Source of the DNA: Bacteroidales bacterium
GTDB taxonomy: Bacteria > Bacteroidota > Bacteroidia > Bacteroidales > Prolixibacteraceae
Direction of reading: 5' to 3'
Length of the DNA: 64,000 nucleotides
Assembly: GCA_038251165.1 (NCBI GenBank)
Contig: JBBSBP010000016.1
Location: forward strand, 8,652-72,651
The notes under the pieces are model-generated. The model searched no databases and was not told the DNA's origin. It saw nothing but the letters and a program-made list of their open reading frames with translations. Made by a program: the position numbers and the translations under genes. Of this stretch, positions 19,774 through 28,527 are shown in pieces. The first letter of the stretch is position 1, and each line of letters begins with the position of its first letter.

Positions 19774-21261
19774 ATGAAGAAATATCTCATCCGCCTAAGT
19801 CCTCTCGGAAAAGAATTACAAGTGAACGACCATACTCCGCTGATCGACGTTTTACACGAATTTGGTATTGAGTTTCCCTGCGGAGGCAAGGGAACCTGCG
19901 GAAAATGCAAGGTAAGACTATTGGAAGGTGCCATAGAAACAACTGAAATTCATCAGGAAAAGATAAAAAAACTTGGACTTTCAACAGATTGGCGACTGGC
20001 ATGTTTCAGTCAATGCACCAGCGACATTACGCTCGAAATAGAGCAGTTCAATCACTTGATTCTGGCCGATGAAAGTGAATTTGATTTCAAACCCCGGGAA
20101 GGATACGGAGTTGCGGTTGATCTTGGGACTACCACGGTAGTGGCCCAGTTAATTGAATTATCAACAGCAAAAGTACTGGCGGTAGAAACCTGTTTAAATC
20201 CGCAGGTGAAATTCGGAGCAGACCTGATTTCAAGGATTCAGGCCTGCTTGGAAGGAAACGCAGAAGAAATGACCGGAATGATACGGTCAGCTGTTGGAAT
20301 GATGATTGGACTCATGCTGAAGAAACATAAAGTTTTATTGCACCGGGTTATACTTGTTGGCAACACAAGCATGCAACTGATCTTCAGCGACTGCGATGTT
20401 TCACCGCTTTCGATGTATCCTTTTCACGTTCACGAGCTGGGACTGAAAACTTTCGGAGCAGATGAACTGGGCTGGAAATTTCAGGTTAAAGGTCAGGTGC
20501 AGTTCTACCCTTCCATCGGCAGTTTTGTGGGAAGCGATATCCTGGCCGGAATTATGGCAACCAAATTACATCAGAAGGAAAATTATACTGCTCTGATTGA
20601 TTTGGGAACCAATGGTGAAATTGTGGTTGGCAATCAGCATCAGATTGTTTGTGCCTCAACCGCTGCAGGGCCTGCATTCGAGGGAGCCAATATTTCGATG
20701 GGAATGAGAGCCGTGACGGGAGCAATTTCGTCGCTGAATATAGTTGACGGGAAAATTGAGGCCAGTGTGATTGGAAATACAGCAGCAAAAGGACTTTGCG
20801 GAAGTGCATTGATTGATGCCGTTGCCATTTTACGAAAGCTGGATCTGATCGGTATGTTTGGCGAGATTAATTCAGGAGAACAGCATATTCACCTGGCCTG
20901 GAAAGTAAGCCTGACACAAAAAGACATCAATGAATTTCAACTGGCCAAGGCTGCGGTGGCTGCCGGGCTGACGATTTTATCCAAAAACCTTTCGATCGGA
21001 CTTGCAGATATTGAGACCATATACATTGCCGGAGGTTTTGGAACCTACATCAACATCAGAAATGTCGTCGAAACCGGAATGATTGAGCTTCCGGCAGAAA
21101 AAATTCATAAAATGGGAAATACAGCTTTGATCGGTGCGAAGATGTTTTTGTTTTCAAATCCGGAATCAACAACAGAAATACTGTCAAAAACAAGACACAT
21201 CAACCTGGAAGGCGATCCTGATTTTCAGGATATTTATGTCGACAAAATGCTGTTTTTATAA
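19774..21261 (+). CDS. ATP-dependent reductive activator of corrinoid proteins (RamA/RACE, 2Fe-2S + ASKHA domains)
   Basis: CGGKGTCGKC...RLAC 2Fe-2S; AVDLGTTT, NPQVKFGADLISRI, IDLGTNGE, STAAGPAFEG, GLCGS, IAGGFG. Confidence 0.92.
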   Translation: MKKYLIRLSPLGKELQVNDHTPLIDVLHEFGIEFPCGGKGTCGKCKVRLLEGAIETTEIHQEKIKKLGLSTDWRLACFSQCTSDITLEIEQFNHLILADESEFDFKPREGYGVAVDLGTTTVVAQLIELSTAKVLAVETCLNPQVKFGADLISRIQACLEGNAEEMTGMIRSAVGMMIGLMLKKHKVLLHRVILVGNTSMQLIFSDCDVSPLSMYPFHVHELGLKTFGADELGWKFQVKGQVQFYPSIGSFVGSDILAGIMATKLHQKENYTALIDLGTNGEIVVGNQHQIVCASTAAGPAFEGANISMGMRAVTGAISSLNIVDGKIEASVIGNTAAKGLCGSALIDAVAILRKLDLIGMFGEINSGEQHIHLAWKVSLTQKDINEFQLAKAAVAAGLTILSKNLSIGLADIETIYIAGGFGTYINIRNVVETGMIELPAEKIHKMGNTALIGAKMFLFSNPESTTEILSKTRHINLEGDPDFQDIYVDKMLFL

Positions 21262-21277
21262 GCCAATTGAAAATTCA

Positions 21278-21365
21278 TTTCCGTTGCCTGAAGGCAAACG
21301 GCAAAGAATATCTCTTTCTTGAACGAAGCGATTATCCTCTGCCGTTCCGCTTTAGCGAACGGAAA
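21278..21365. repeat. Inverted doublet of 29-bp REP-like hairpins
   Basis: tttccgttgcctgaaggcaaacggcaaag (21278-21306) and the inverted copy tttccgttcgctaaagcggaacggcagag (reverse complement of 21337-21365). Confidence 0.65.
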
Positions 21366-21376
21366 TATATTCATTT

Positions 21377-21919
21377 TTAGTCTACCTGTTCCAGCATGGC
21401 ATCGCGTTCTTTCAGGAATTCCGAAAGTTTTTCGATGGAACTGCGGGTGATGGCCACTCTTCCTGAGCGGATAAACTGGCTTACACCATATGCATTTAAC
21501 TCTTCAAAAAGATGCTGAGTTTCATGGGAATGTCCGGTTTTTTCAATCACCACGTAATCACGGGTGATTTCAAGAATTCGGGCGCCTGAATTGCGAACGA
21601 TTATTTCTATTTTATCTGAATCGAATAAAAATTCAGTCGACACTTTATAGAGTGCAATTTCCTGGAAAATCATTTCGTCGTTCGTGTTGGAGTATACTTT
21701 GATTACATCAACAACTTTCTCAAGCTGGCCTACCACTTTTTCAACGCGATCGGCAGTTTCGTTGATCACGATGGTGAATTTAAATATTCCGGCGATAGCC
21801 GATTCAGAAACGGTTAAACTGTCGATGTTTATTTTACGCCGGGTAAAAATGATCGTTATCCGACCTAACAACCCGATATGATTTTCCGAAAAAACGGTTA
21901 TGATATATTCTTGTTTCAT
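21377..21919 (-). CDS. ilvN: Acetolactate synthase small (regulatory) subunit
   Basis: ENHIGLLGRITIIFTRRKINIDSLTV ACT domain; QLEKVVDVIKV; RSGRVA. Confidence 0.95.
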   Translation of the reverse strand: MKQEYIITVFSENHIGLLGRITIIFTRRKINIDSLTVSESAIAGIFKFTIVINETADRVEKVVGQLEKVVDVIKVYSNTNDEMIFQEIALYKVSTEFLFDSDKIEIIVRNSGARILEITRDYVVIEKTGHSHETQHLFEELNAYGVSQFIRSGRVAITRSSIEKLSEFLKERDAMLEQVD

Positions 21920-21931
21920 CTGTGTAACTAT

Positions 21932-23629
21932 TTAAGGTTCAAGTATAATGTCAGAAATAGAAGCTCCGGTCGGAATCATGGGGAAAACATTATCTTCCTG
22001 TTCAACAACCACTTCAAGCACATAAGGACCTTTATGGTCGAGCATTTCCTGAACAGCATTCTCCAGCTGATCACGGGAGGTCACTTTTTGTGAAGCCAGA
22101 CCGTAGGCTTTTGCAATTCCTACAAAATCAGGATTTTTCATTTCGGTAAATGAATATCGTTTTTCGAAAAACATTTGCTGCCACTGGCGCACCATTCCAA
22201 GAAAATTATTATTCAGAACGATAATTTTGATATCGAGTTGGTACTGGGCAATTGTACCCAATTCCTGGATGGTCATTTGAAAACCACCATCACCTGCCAT
22301 TGCAAATACGATCCGTTCGGGTTTGCCAATTTTAGCTCCCATGGCTGCAGGAAGGGCATAACCCATCGTTCCCAATCCTCCGGAAGTCACATTGCTTCGC
22401 GAACGGGTAAATTTAAAATAGCGTGAAGCAATCATCTGTTGCTGACCAACATCAGTAACCAGAATAGCGCTGTGATTGGTTTTTTCTGAAGCAATACGCA
22501 CCACTTCACCCATGGTCAATCCGATCTTAGTCGGAAATATGTCTTTTTCAATCACTTTGTCGTACTCAATCTTATCACAGGCATGAAATTCCTTTAACCA
22601 TTCGGCATGCGAATTGGGATTCACATTATCAATCAACATACGCAGAGATTTTTTGGCATTGCCCAGGACCGGTGCATCGGCTTTGATGATTTTATTGATC
22701 TCCGCAGGATCAATCTCAAGGTGTACAATTTTAGCCTGACGGGCATATGCTGCAACTTTCCCGGTCACACGGTCATCGAACCGCATGCCAATTGAAATTA
22801 CGACATCAGCTTCATTGGTTTTGATGTTTGGGCCATAATTCCCATGCATGCCAAGCATTCCTACATTAAGAGGGTGAGCCGATGAAAGGGCTGAAAGACC
22901 AAGCAAAGTCCATGCTGCCGGAATACCGGTTTTTTCAATAAATTCCTTTAATTCATCTTCAGCATGAGCAATGATAACTCCGTGGCCGAATAAAACGATT
23001 GGTTTTTTAGCGGCATTAATAATGTCGGCAGCAGCTTTCACCTGGAAAGGATCTACAGGATATTCAGGCAGATAACTCCTTATTTTGGTGCATTTTTTAT
23101 ATTCAAAGTCGAACTGTCCAAACTGGGCATCCTTCGAAATATCGAGCAATACGGGTCCCGGACGACCGGTAAGGGCAATATGAAAAGCTTTGGCAATAGC
23201 TTCAGGAATCTCTTCGGCCGAAGTAACCTGGTAGTTCCATTTGGTTACCGGCATGCTAATGCCAACCACATCCGATTCCTGAAAAGCATCGGTTCCGAGC
23301 AATGGTGAAGCCACCTGACCCGTGATACAAACCAATGGAATGGAATCGATCATTGCATCGGCCAGGCCGGTAATCAGATTGGTTGCACCTGGTCCTGATG
23401 TCGCAAAACAAACACCGACTTTGCCGGTCACTTTGGCGTAACCTTCGGCAGCATGAATTGCTCCCTGTTCGTGCCGTGTCAAATAATGAGTAACTTTTTG
23501 ATCGTAATCATAGAGTGCGTCATAGATGGGCATGATCGCACCTCCCGGATACCCGAAAATGGTATCAACCCCTTCTTCCAGAAGGGACAATATTACAGCT
23601 TCTGAGCCGCTTATACGCTGTGTTGCCAT
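21932..23629 (-). CDS. ilvB: Acetolactate synthase large subunit
   Basis: FGYPGGAI, RHEQGA, TSGPGATN, GDGGFQM...NN TPP motif. Confidence 0.97.
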   Translation of the reverse strand: MATQRISGSEAVILSLLEEGVDTIFGYPGGAIMPIYDALYDYDQKVTHYLTRHEQGAIHAAEGYAKVTGKVGVCFATSGPGATNLITGLADAMIDSIPLVCITGQVASPLLGTDAFQESDVVGISMPVTKWNYQVTSAEEIPEAIAKAFHIALTGRPGPVLLDISKDAQFGQFDFEYKKCTKIRSYLPEYPVDPFQVKAAADIINAAKKPIVLFGHGVIIAHAEDELKEFIEKTGIPAAWTLLGLSALSSAHPLNVGMLGMHGNYGPNIKTNEADVVISIGMRFDDRVTGKVAAYARQAKIVHLEIDPAEINKIIKADAPVLGNAKKSLRMLIDNVNPNSHAEWLKEFHACDKIEYDKVIEKDIFPTKIGLTMGEVVRIASEKTNHSAILVTDVGQQQMIASRYFKFTRSRSNVTSGGLGTMGYALPAAMGAKIGKPERIVFAMAGDGGFQMTIQELGTIAQYQLDIKIIVLNNNFLGMVRQWQQMFFEKRYSFTEMKNPDFVGIAKAYGLASQKVTSRDQLENAVQEMLDHKGPYVLEVVVEQEDNVFPMIPTGASISDIILEP

Positions 23630-23674
23630 ATTCCTTGTGTTTATTAAATTTCTATTTTTATATTATTTCTGAAG

Positions 23675-23760
23675 ATTTACGATTAGACTATTTACGATTT
23701 ACGTTTTGTCTCTTTTGGGAGTAGAATAAATAGTAAATTGTAAATGACTAAATAGTAAAT
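23675..23760. repeat. Inverted arrays of heptamer repeats (ATTTACG / [C/A]GTAAAT) between ilvD and ilvB
   Basis: atttacgattagactatttacgatttacg ... aaatagtaaattgtaaatgactaaatagtaaat. Confidence 0.65.
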
Positions 23761-23768
23761 AATCAACT

Positions 23769-25598
23769 TTAATCTATGAGTCTGATTGCACCTCTGTCGG
23801 CCGATGAAACCAGACTGGCATAGGCTTTAAGAGCCTTACTGACATATCGGTCCCGACCTGCAGGGGTAAAAGCTAAATTGCCTTTACTGATTTCGTTTTC
23901 TCTCCGGACTGCCAATTCATCATCGCTCACCAATACGTTGATGGAACGACCCGGAATGTCTATTTCGATCCAGTCCCCTTCCCCGATGAGTGCAATTTCG
24001 CCACCGGCAGCTGCTTCAGGAGAAATATGACCGATCGATAATCCGGAAGTTCCGCCGGAAAAGCGTCCATCAGTAATTAACGCACAGGCCTTGCCAAGGT
24101 TCATCGATTTGATGTATGAAGTTGGATACAACATTTCCTGCATGCCCGGGCCCCCTTTGGGTCCTTCGTACCGAATCACCACCACATCACCCGCCTTGAC
24201 TTTATCGCCAAGAATTCCGTTGCAGGCATCATCCTGCGATTGGAATACCCTGGCAGTTCCTTTAAAATGATAGACCGACGGATCGACTCCTGCTGTTTTA
24301 ACGATGCAGCCGTTCCGGGCAATATTTCCGTAAAGAACAGCTAAACCACCGTCTTTGTTGTAAGCATGTTCGTAATCACGGATACATCCTTTTGCCCGGT
24401 CAGTATCCAATTCTTTATAGTAGCTTTCCTGCGAACCCATAACCAGGTTTCGTCCACCTCCCGGCGCCGATTTAAACCTGCGGAATGCATCTTCAGAAAC
24501 AGCAGGCAATGTAATATCGTATTTCGCAATTGCTTCACCCAGGGTATTCCCATCAATACGCGGGACTGAAATATCGAGCATTCCGGCCCGGTTAAGTTCG
24601 GCCAGGATTCCCAAAATACCTCCGGCCCGGTTTACATCCTGAATATGGTAATCGCTGTTTGGAGACACTTTACACAAGTTCGGAGTTACCCGCGACAGTT
24701 CATCAATGTCTTTCATGGTAAAATCAACTTCCCCTTCAGCAGCAATAGCCAGGATATGCAAAACAGTATTCGTTGAACCACCCATAGCGATATCCAGTTT
24801 CATGGCATTCTGGAAAGCCGCTTTGGTGGCCACACTGCGTGGCAATACTTTCTCATTGCCATTTTTGTAATAATCCCAGGTTATTTCAACGATTCGGGCA
24901 GCAGCTTCATCAAAAAGACGTTTACGGTTGGCATGTGTAGCGACAATGGTGCCATTTCCCGGAAGAGCCAGTCCAAGCGCTTCAGCCAGACAATTCATCG
25001 AATTGGCCGTGAACATTCCTGAACACGAGCCACAGGTTGGACAGGCCATTTTTTCAACAGCAAGCATTTTTTCTTCCGGAACGGAATCATCAACCGCCAT
25101 GACCATGGCATCAACCAGGTCGTACATTTTACCATCAATTTCACCGGCTTCCATTGGACCACCTGAAACAAAAATAGCTGGAATATTCAGCCGCATGGCC
25201 GCCATCATCATCCCGGGAGTAATTTTATCGCAGTTGGAGATGCAAACCATGGCATCTACCTTGTGACCATTACACATATATTCCACGCTGTCGGCAATCA
25301 CATCGCGCGATGGCAGCGAATATAACATACCATCATGTCCCATGGCGATTCCGTCATCGATGGCAATGGTGTTAAACTCTGCAGCAAAGCAACCTTCTTT
25401 CTCGATGATTCCCTTGATATACTGACCAATTTCGTGAAGATGCGCATGCCCCGGGACAAACTGAGTGAACGAATTAACGATGGCAATTACCGGTCGTCCA
25501 AAATGTTCTTCCTTCATACCATTGGCACGCCAGAGGCTTCTTGCACCTGCCATGCGTCTTCCTTCTGTTGTAGTTGCTGATCTTAACCGTTTTTTCAT
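23769..25598 (-). CDS. ilvD: Dihydroxy-acid dehydratase
   Basis: [62 protein letters not shown]. Start placed at 25598 (MKKRLRS). Confidence 0.97.
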   Translation of the reverse strand: MKKRLRSATTTEGRRMAGARSLWRANGMKEEHFGRPVIAIVNSFTQFVPGHAHLHEIGQYIKGIIEKEGCFAAEFNTIAIDDGIAMGHDGMLYSLPSRDVIADSVEYMCNGHKVDAMVCISNCDKITPGMMMAAMRLNIPAIFVSGGPMEAGEIDGKMYDLVDAMVMAVDDSVPEEKMLAVEKMACPTCGSCSGMFTANSMNCLAEALGLALPGNGTIVATHANRKRLFDEAAARIVEITWDYYKNGNEKVLPRSVATKAAFQNAMKLDIAMGGSTNTVLHILAIAAEGEVDFTMKDIDELSRVTPNLCKVSPNSDYHIQDVNRAGGILGILAELNRAGMLDISVPRIDGNTLGEAIAKYDITLPAVSEDAFRRFKSAPGGGRNLVMGSQESYYKELDTDRAKGCIRDYEHAYNKDGGLAVLYGNIARNGCIVKTAGVDPSVYHFKGTARVFQSQDDACNGILGDKVKAGDVVVIRYEGPKGGPGMQEMLYPTSYIKSMNLGKACALITDGRFSGGTSGLSIGHISPEAAAGGEIALIGEGDWIEIDIPGRSINVLVSDDELAVRRENEISKGNLAFTPAGRDRYVSKALKAYASLVSSADRGAIRLID

Positions 25599-25626
25599 AT
25601 TTCTGTGTCTTAAATTATTCTTCATT

Positions 25627-25662
25627 AAAAAAAAGCCTTTCCCGGTGAGTAGAGAAAGGCTT
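25627..25662 (-). terminator. Attenuator terminator 2 (gene-proximal) of ilvDBN
   Basis: Minus strand AAGCCTTTCTC-TACTCACC-GGGAAAGGC followed by T8. Confidence 0.88.
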
Positions 25663-25701
25663 AAATATTGTTTAAGTACATATCCATACCAGCCTTCCTC
25701 T

Positions 25702-25758
25702 CTAAAGAATGAGAATGACGACGACGACAAGGACCAGTAGGTAATATGCTGAATTCAT
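25702..25758 (-). CDS. ilv leader peptide 2 ([18 protein letters not shown])
   Basis: 12 consecutive Leu/Val/Ile codons. The stop codon overlaps AGAGGAAGGCT, which can pair with the 5' arm of the terminator. Confidence 0.85.
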   Translation of the reverse strand: MNSAYYLLVLVVVVILIL

Positions 25759-25777
25759 TGGTGATTTTTTATTCATT

Positions 25778-25811
25778 AAAAAAGCCATTCTTAGTTTCTG
25801 AGAATGGCTTT
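25778..25811 (-). terminator. Attenuator terminator 1 (promoter-proximal) of ilvDBN
   Basis: Minus strand AAAGCCATTCT-CAGAAACTA-AGAATGGC followed by T6. Confidence 0.85.
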
Positions 25812-25839
25812 CAAGTTTTTAACTTACATTATACCATTC

Positions 25840-25905
25840 TCATTCAGCACGAAGGATGACCACCACGAGGCTAATGACTAAAGATATAATGCTGATATTT
25901 TTCAT
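25840..25905 (-). CDS. ilv leader peptide 1 (MKNISIISLVISLVVVILRAE; alternative start 25917)
   Basis: 12 of 21 codons are Ile/Leu/Val. The stop overlaps TGAGAATGGT, complementary to GCCATTCTCA in terminator 1. Confidence 0.82.
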   Translation of the reverse strand: MKNISIISLVISLVVVILRAE

Positions 25906-25927
25906 TAATGTTTGCATTTTATGAGGG

Positions 25928-25935
25928 CAAATGTA
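25928..25935 (-). promoter_or_regulatory. -7 promoter motif of the ilv leader/operon
   Basis: TACATTTG on the minus strand (TAnnTTTG) immediately upstream of leader 1. Confidence 0.65.
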
Positions 25936-26225
25936 GAAATTAATTTGAACTTCCAAAATTAATTTGAAAGTAAAATGCTTATTTTACTGAAAAACCATAA
26001 GTAATTATCATTTTAATCATCCATTAAATCAAATTACCATACTATTTATTGACAATCAACTACTCCTAAATGCCGGCAGAACAAAGTAAAATCTTGCTCC
26101 TTTACCGGATTCAGATCCATCCGGGTACTTGAAAGGGAATGTAAATCCAAAAATTCAACCTGATCACCTTAAATTCAAGTGGTATCTGATTTAAACAGGA
26201 GAAACCGCTTCTATTCCTGAATTGG

Positions 26226-27830
26226 TTAAGGACGGTAAGGTAAAAATAAATCTGCATATTTGGAAATGGTTTCTGTATCAAGCTGACTGGCTTCATCTTT
26301 AAGCATTTCGCTAAATCCGATCATATTATTAAACGGACCTTTCAGATCGTGTGCAATGATGGAGAAAAATTTATCCTTGGTGGCATTTAATTCAATCAAT
26401 TCATCGGATTGTCTGGACAACAGCATTTCATCATGTTTGCGGTCGGTGATATCTTTTGACGAACAAATCAAATTTAAAACCTGACCCTGGTTATCCTTTA
26501 TCGGGGTTATTGAGGTAATATAAAAACGATCTCCATCGTCCCGGGGCACCCTGACCTCAATGACTTTTTCCTCGCCTGTACGAATTACATGCTGCAATCC
26601 GGCAAAGCGCTTATCTGCTTCTTCTTTTGAAAATACATCCCAGATTTTTTTACCGATAATGTCTTCAACCGGCCTGCCGACTCCTTCAGCAAAAGCCTTG
26701 TTTACGTACAAATATTTCCCGTCGGGTGCAAACGAAAAAATAGGGTCTGCTGATTCCTCCAGAATGATGCGGTGTTTTGCCTCACTCCCGCTTAATTTGT
26801 CTTCCAGGAGTTTATGCTCGGTAATGTCATTAATTATAGCAAGTATACATTTTTCATTGTTTATGGTTATGATTTCAGAAGAAAAAAGTCCGGTAATTAT
26901 ATCACCTGATTTAATCCTGAAATGAAACTCGCGGCCATTAATTATACCTCGTTCAGATAATTCTTTCACAACATTAATCCGGTCATCTTCATTCACCCAA
27001 AGACTCAGTTCATTGGTAATCTTTCCCTCAACTTCCTTAAAACTAAAGCCTGTTATAGCCTGAAATCCATCGTTAATCTCGAAGATTTTCCCATCAGCCA
27101 ATCTGGTAAGGATATACGCATTGGGAGAAGAATGAAATGCCTTTGAAAATTTTTCTTCCTGAAGTCCTATATCGATCAAAAGCCGTTTATTGAACATCAG
27201 CACGAGACCAAATGTCATCAGAATAAAAAGAAGCTGATTGGCAATAATAAATAATGATTCAGAACCATTTGAATTAAAATAATCGGTTGCAGAATGCTTA
27301 TTGATAAAAAAATCAAGAATCCGCCAAATATGGGTGATACAGAAAGCACTAAAAATCAATCCAAGCCCCCTGGTTAAATCACGCATACTGGCAGTAACTC
27401 TTTTTAACATTAACCAGACAATCTGACTGCTAATCATCAAATATGCAGCAGATGCATTCAGATTTCGTACCTCCAGATCGGGTTTTACAAATGCGAAATA
27501 AGTATGAACCAGAAAAAAGATGACTATTAAGAGGTAATTTTGAACCTGAGGGCCTTTTTTTCTTACAAAATGTTCCAATCCAATAAACAATAATACTGCA
27601 CCGATAACAGAGAGGGTATTCGCAACTGAGATTGAAATCCAATCAGGAATACTACCCCGAAAAAAAATCAACAAGGTACCTAATGTATGAAATACATAGC
27701 TATACAACATAGGTATAATTCCCGGAAACCTCCTTTTTGTCTGGATAAACAAAAAGACAATTACGATGAGGCTTACAAAAACGGTAAGTGCATAATTCAG
27801 AAATATCGTCCGCAAATCAATCGCAATCAT
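26226..27830 (-). pseudogene. Membrane PAS-PAS sensor histidine kinase truncated after the H-box
   Basis: About 7 TM helices, two PAS/PAC domains (DITEHK, DITDRK), KDKFFSIIAHDLKGPF. The ORF ends about 35 aa after the H-box with no HATPase domain. Confidence 0.75.
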
Positions 27831-28240
27831 TGGAATTCCCTTTTTAGTTACTAATGGCGGTCATCATTTATCGTCATCGAATATCGCAATGAGTTTTTGA
27901 TATTCAAAATTGTCAATCAACATTTCTTATTCACGTCGTACAACGGATTGATTAACTATCGGTTCTTCGGTACTTAACTCATTCTTAATCAATCGAATGG
28001 ATAGCTGTAGATTATAATAAGTAATACATATCTCCTGAATTTGAAATTCAGATCAAAATCTGACTCAACTTATCCCGAAAATCTACTGCAAACGGTTGAA
28101 GTAAAAAAACAGTTAAAAATTTCAACAACACATTAATCAAAATTCTAAATTGGGTTTTTTTATTCTTTCGGTATGCACAATGCACAAACATTTTGGAGGT
28201 TCTCTCATTCATTACAGGTTAAATCCCCGGGCAGAAAAAG

Positions 28241-28276
28241 AAAAAAAAGGCCATCTGCCTGAAACAGATAGCCTTT
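28241..28276 (-). terminator. Terminator downstream of tRNA-Lys
   Basis: aaaggccatctg...cagatagccttt stem plus T-tract on the minus strand. Confidence 0.75.
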
Positions 28277-28285
28277 GTGATTATG

Positions 28286-28358
<73 letters not shown>

Positions 28359-28527
28359 AATCGGCGACAAAAGTAACAGTTTGTTTGGCATTTGCAAAGA
28401 ATAGTTCCGGGTATTTAATGTTCGAAGTACAAGGATTCTTTTTCAGGACCTGATCGTTAGTCGATTAGTTTACTTTAAATATTTTTATGCACTTTTGCTA
28501 CCTTTGATTGTATTTCATTAAATCAAC

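Noticed and set aside
25599-25730. 44-aa N-terminal extension of IlvD in the ORF track (MSSSSFSFF...)
   Set aside because: It runs through leader peptide 2 and its terminator; IlvD homology begins at MKKRLRS (25598).
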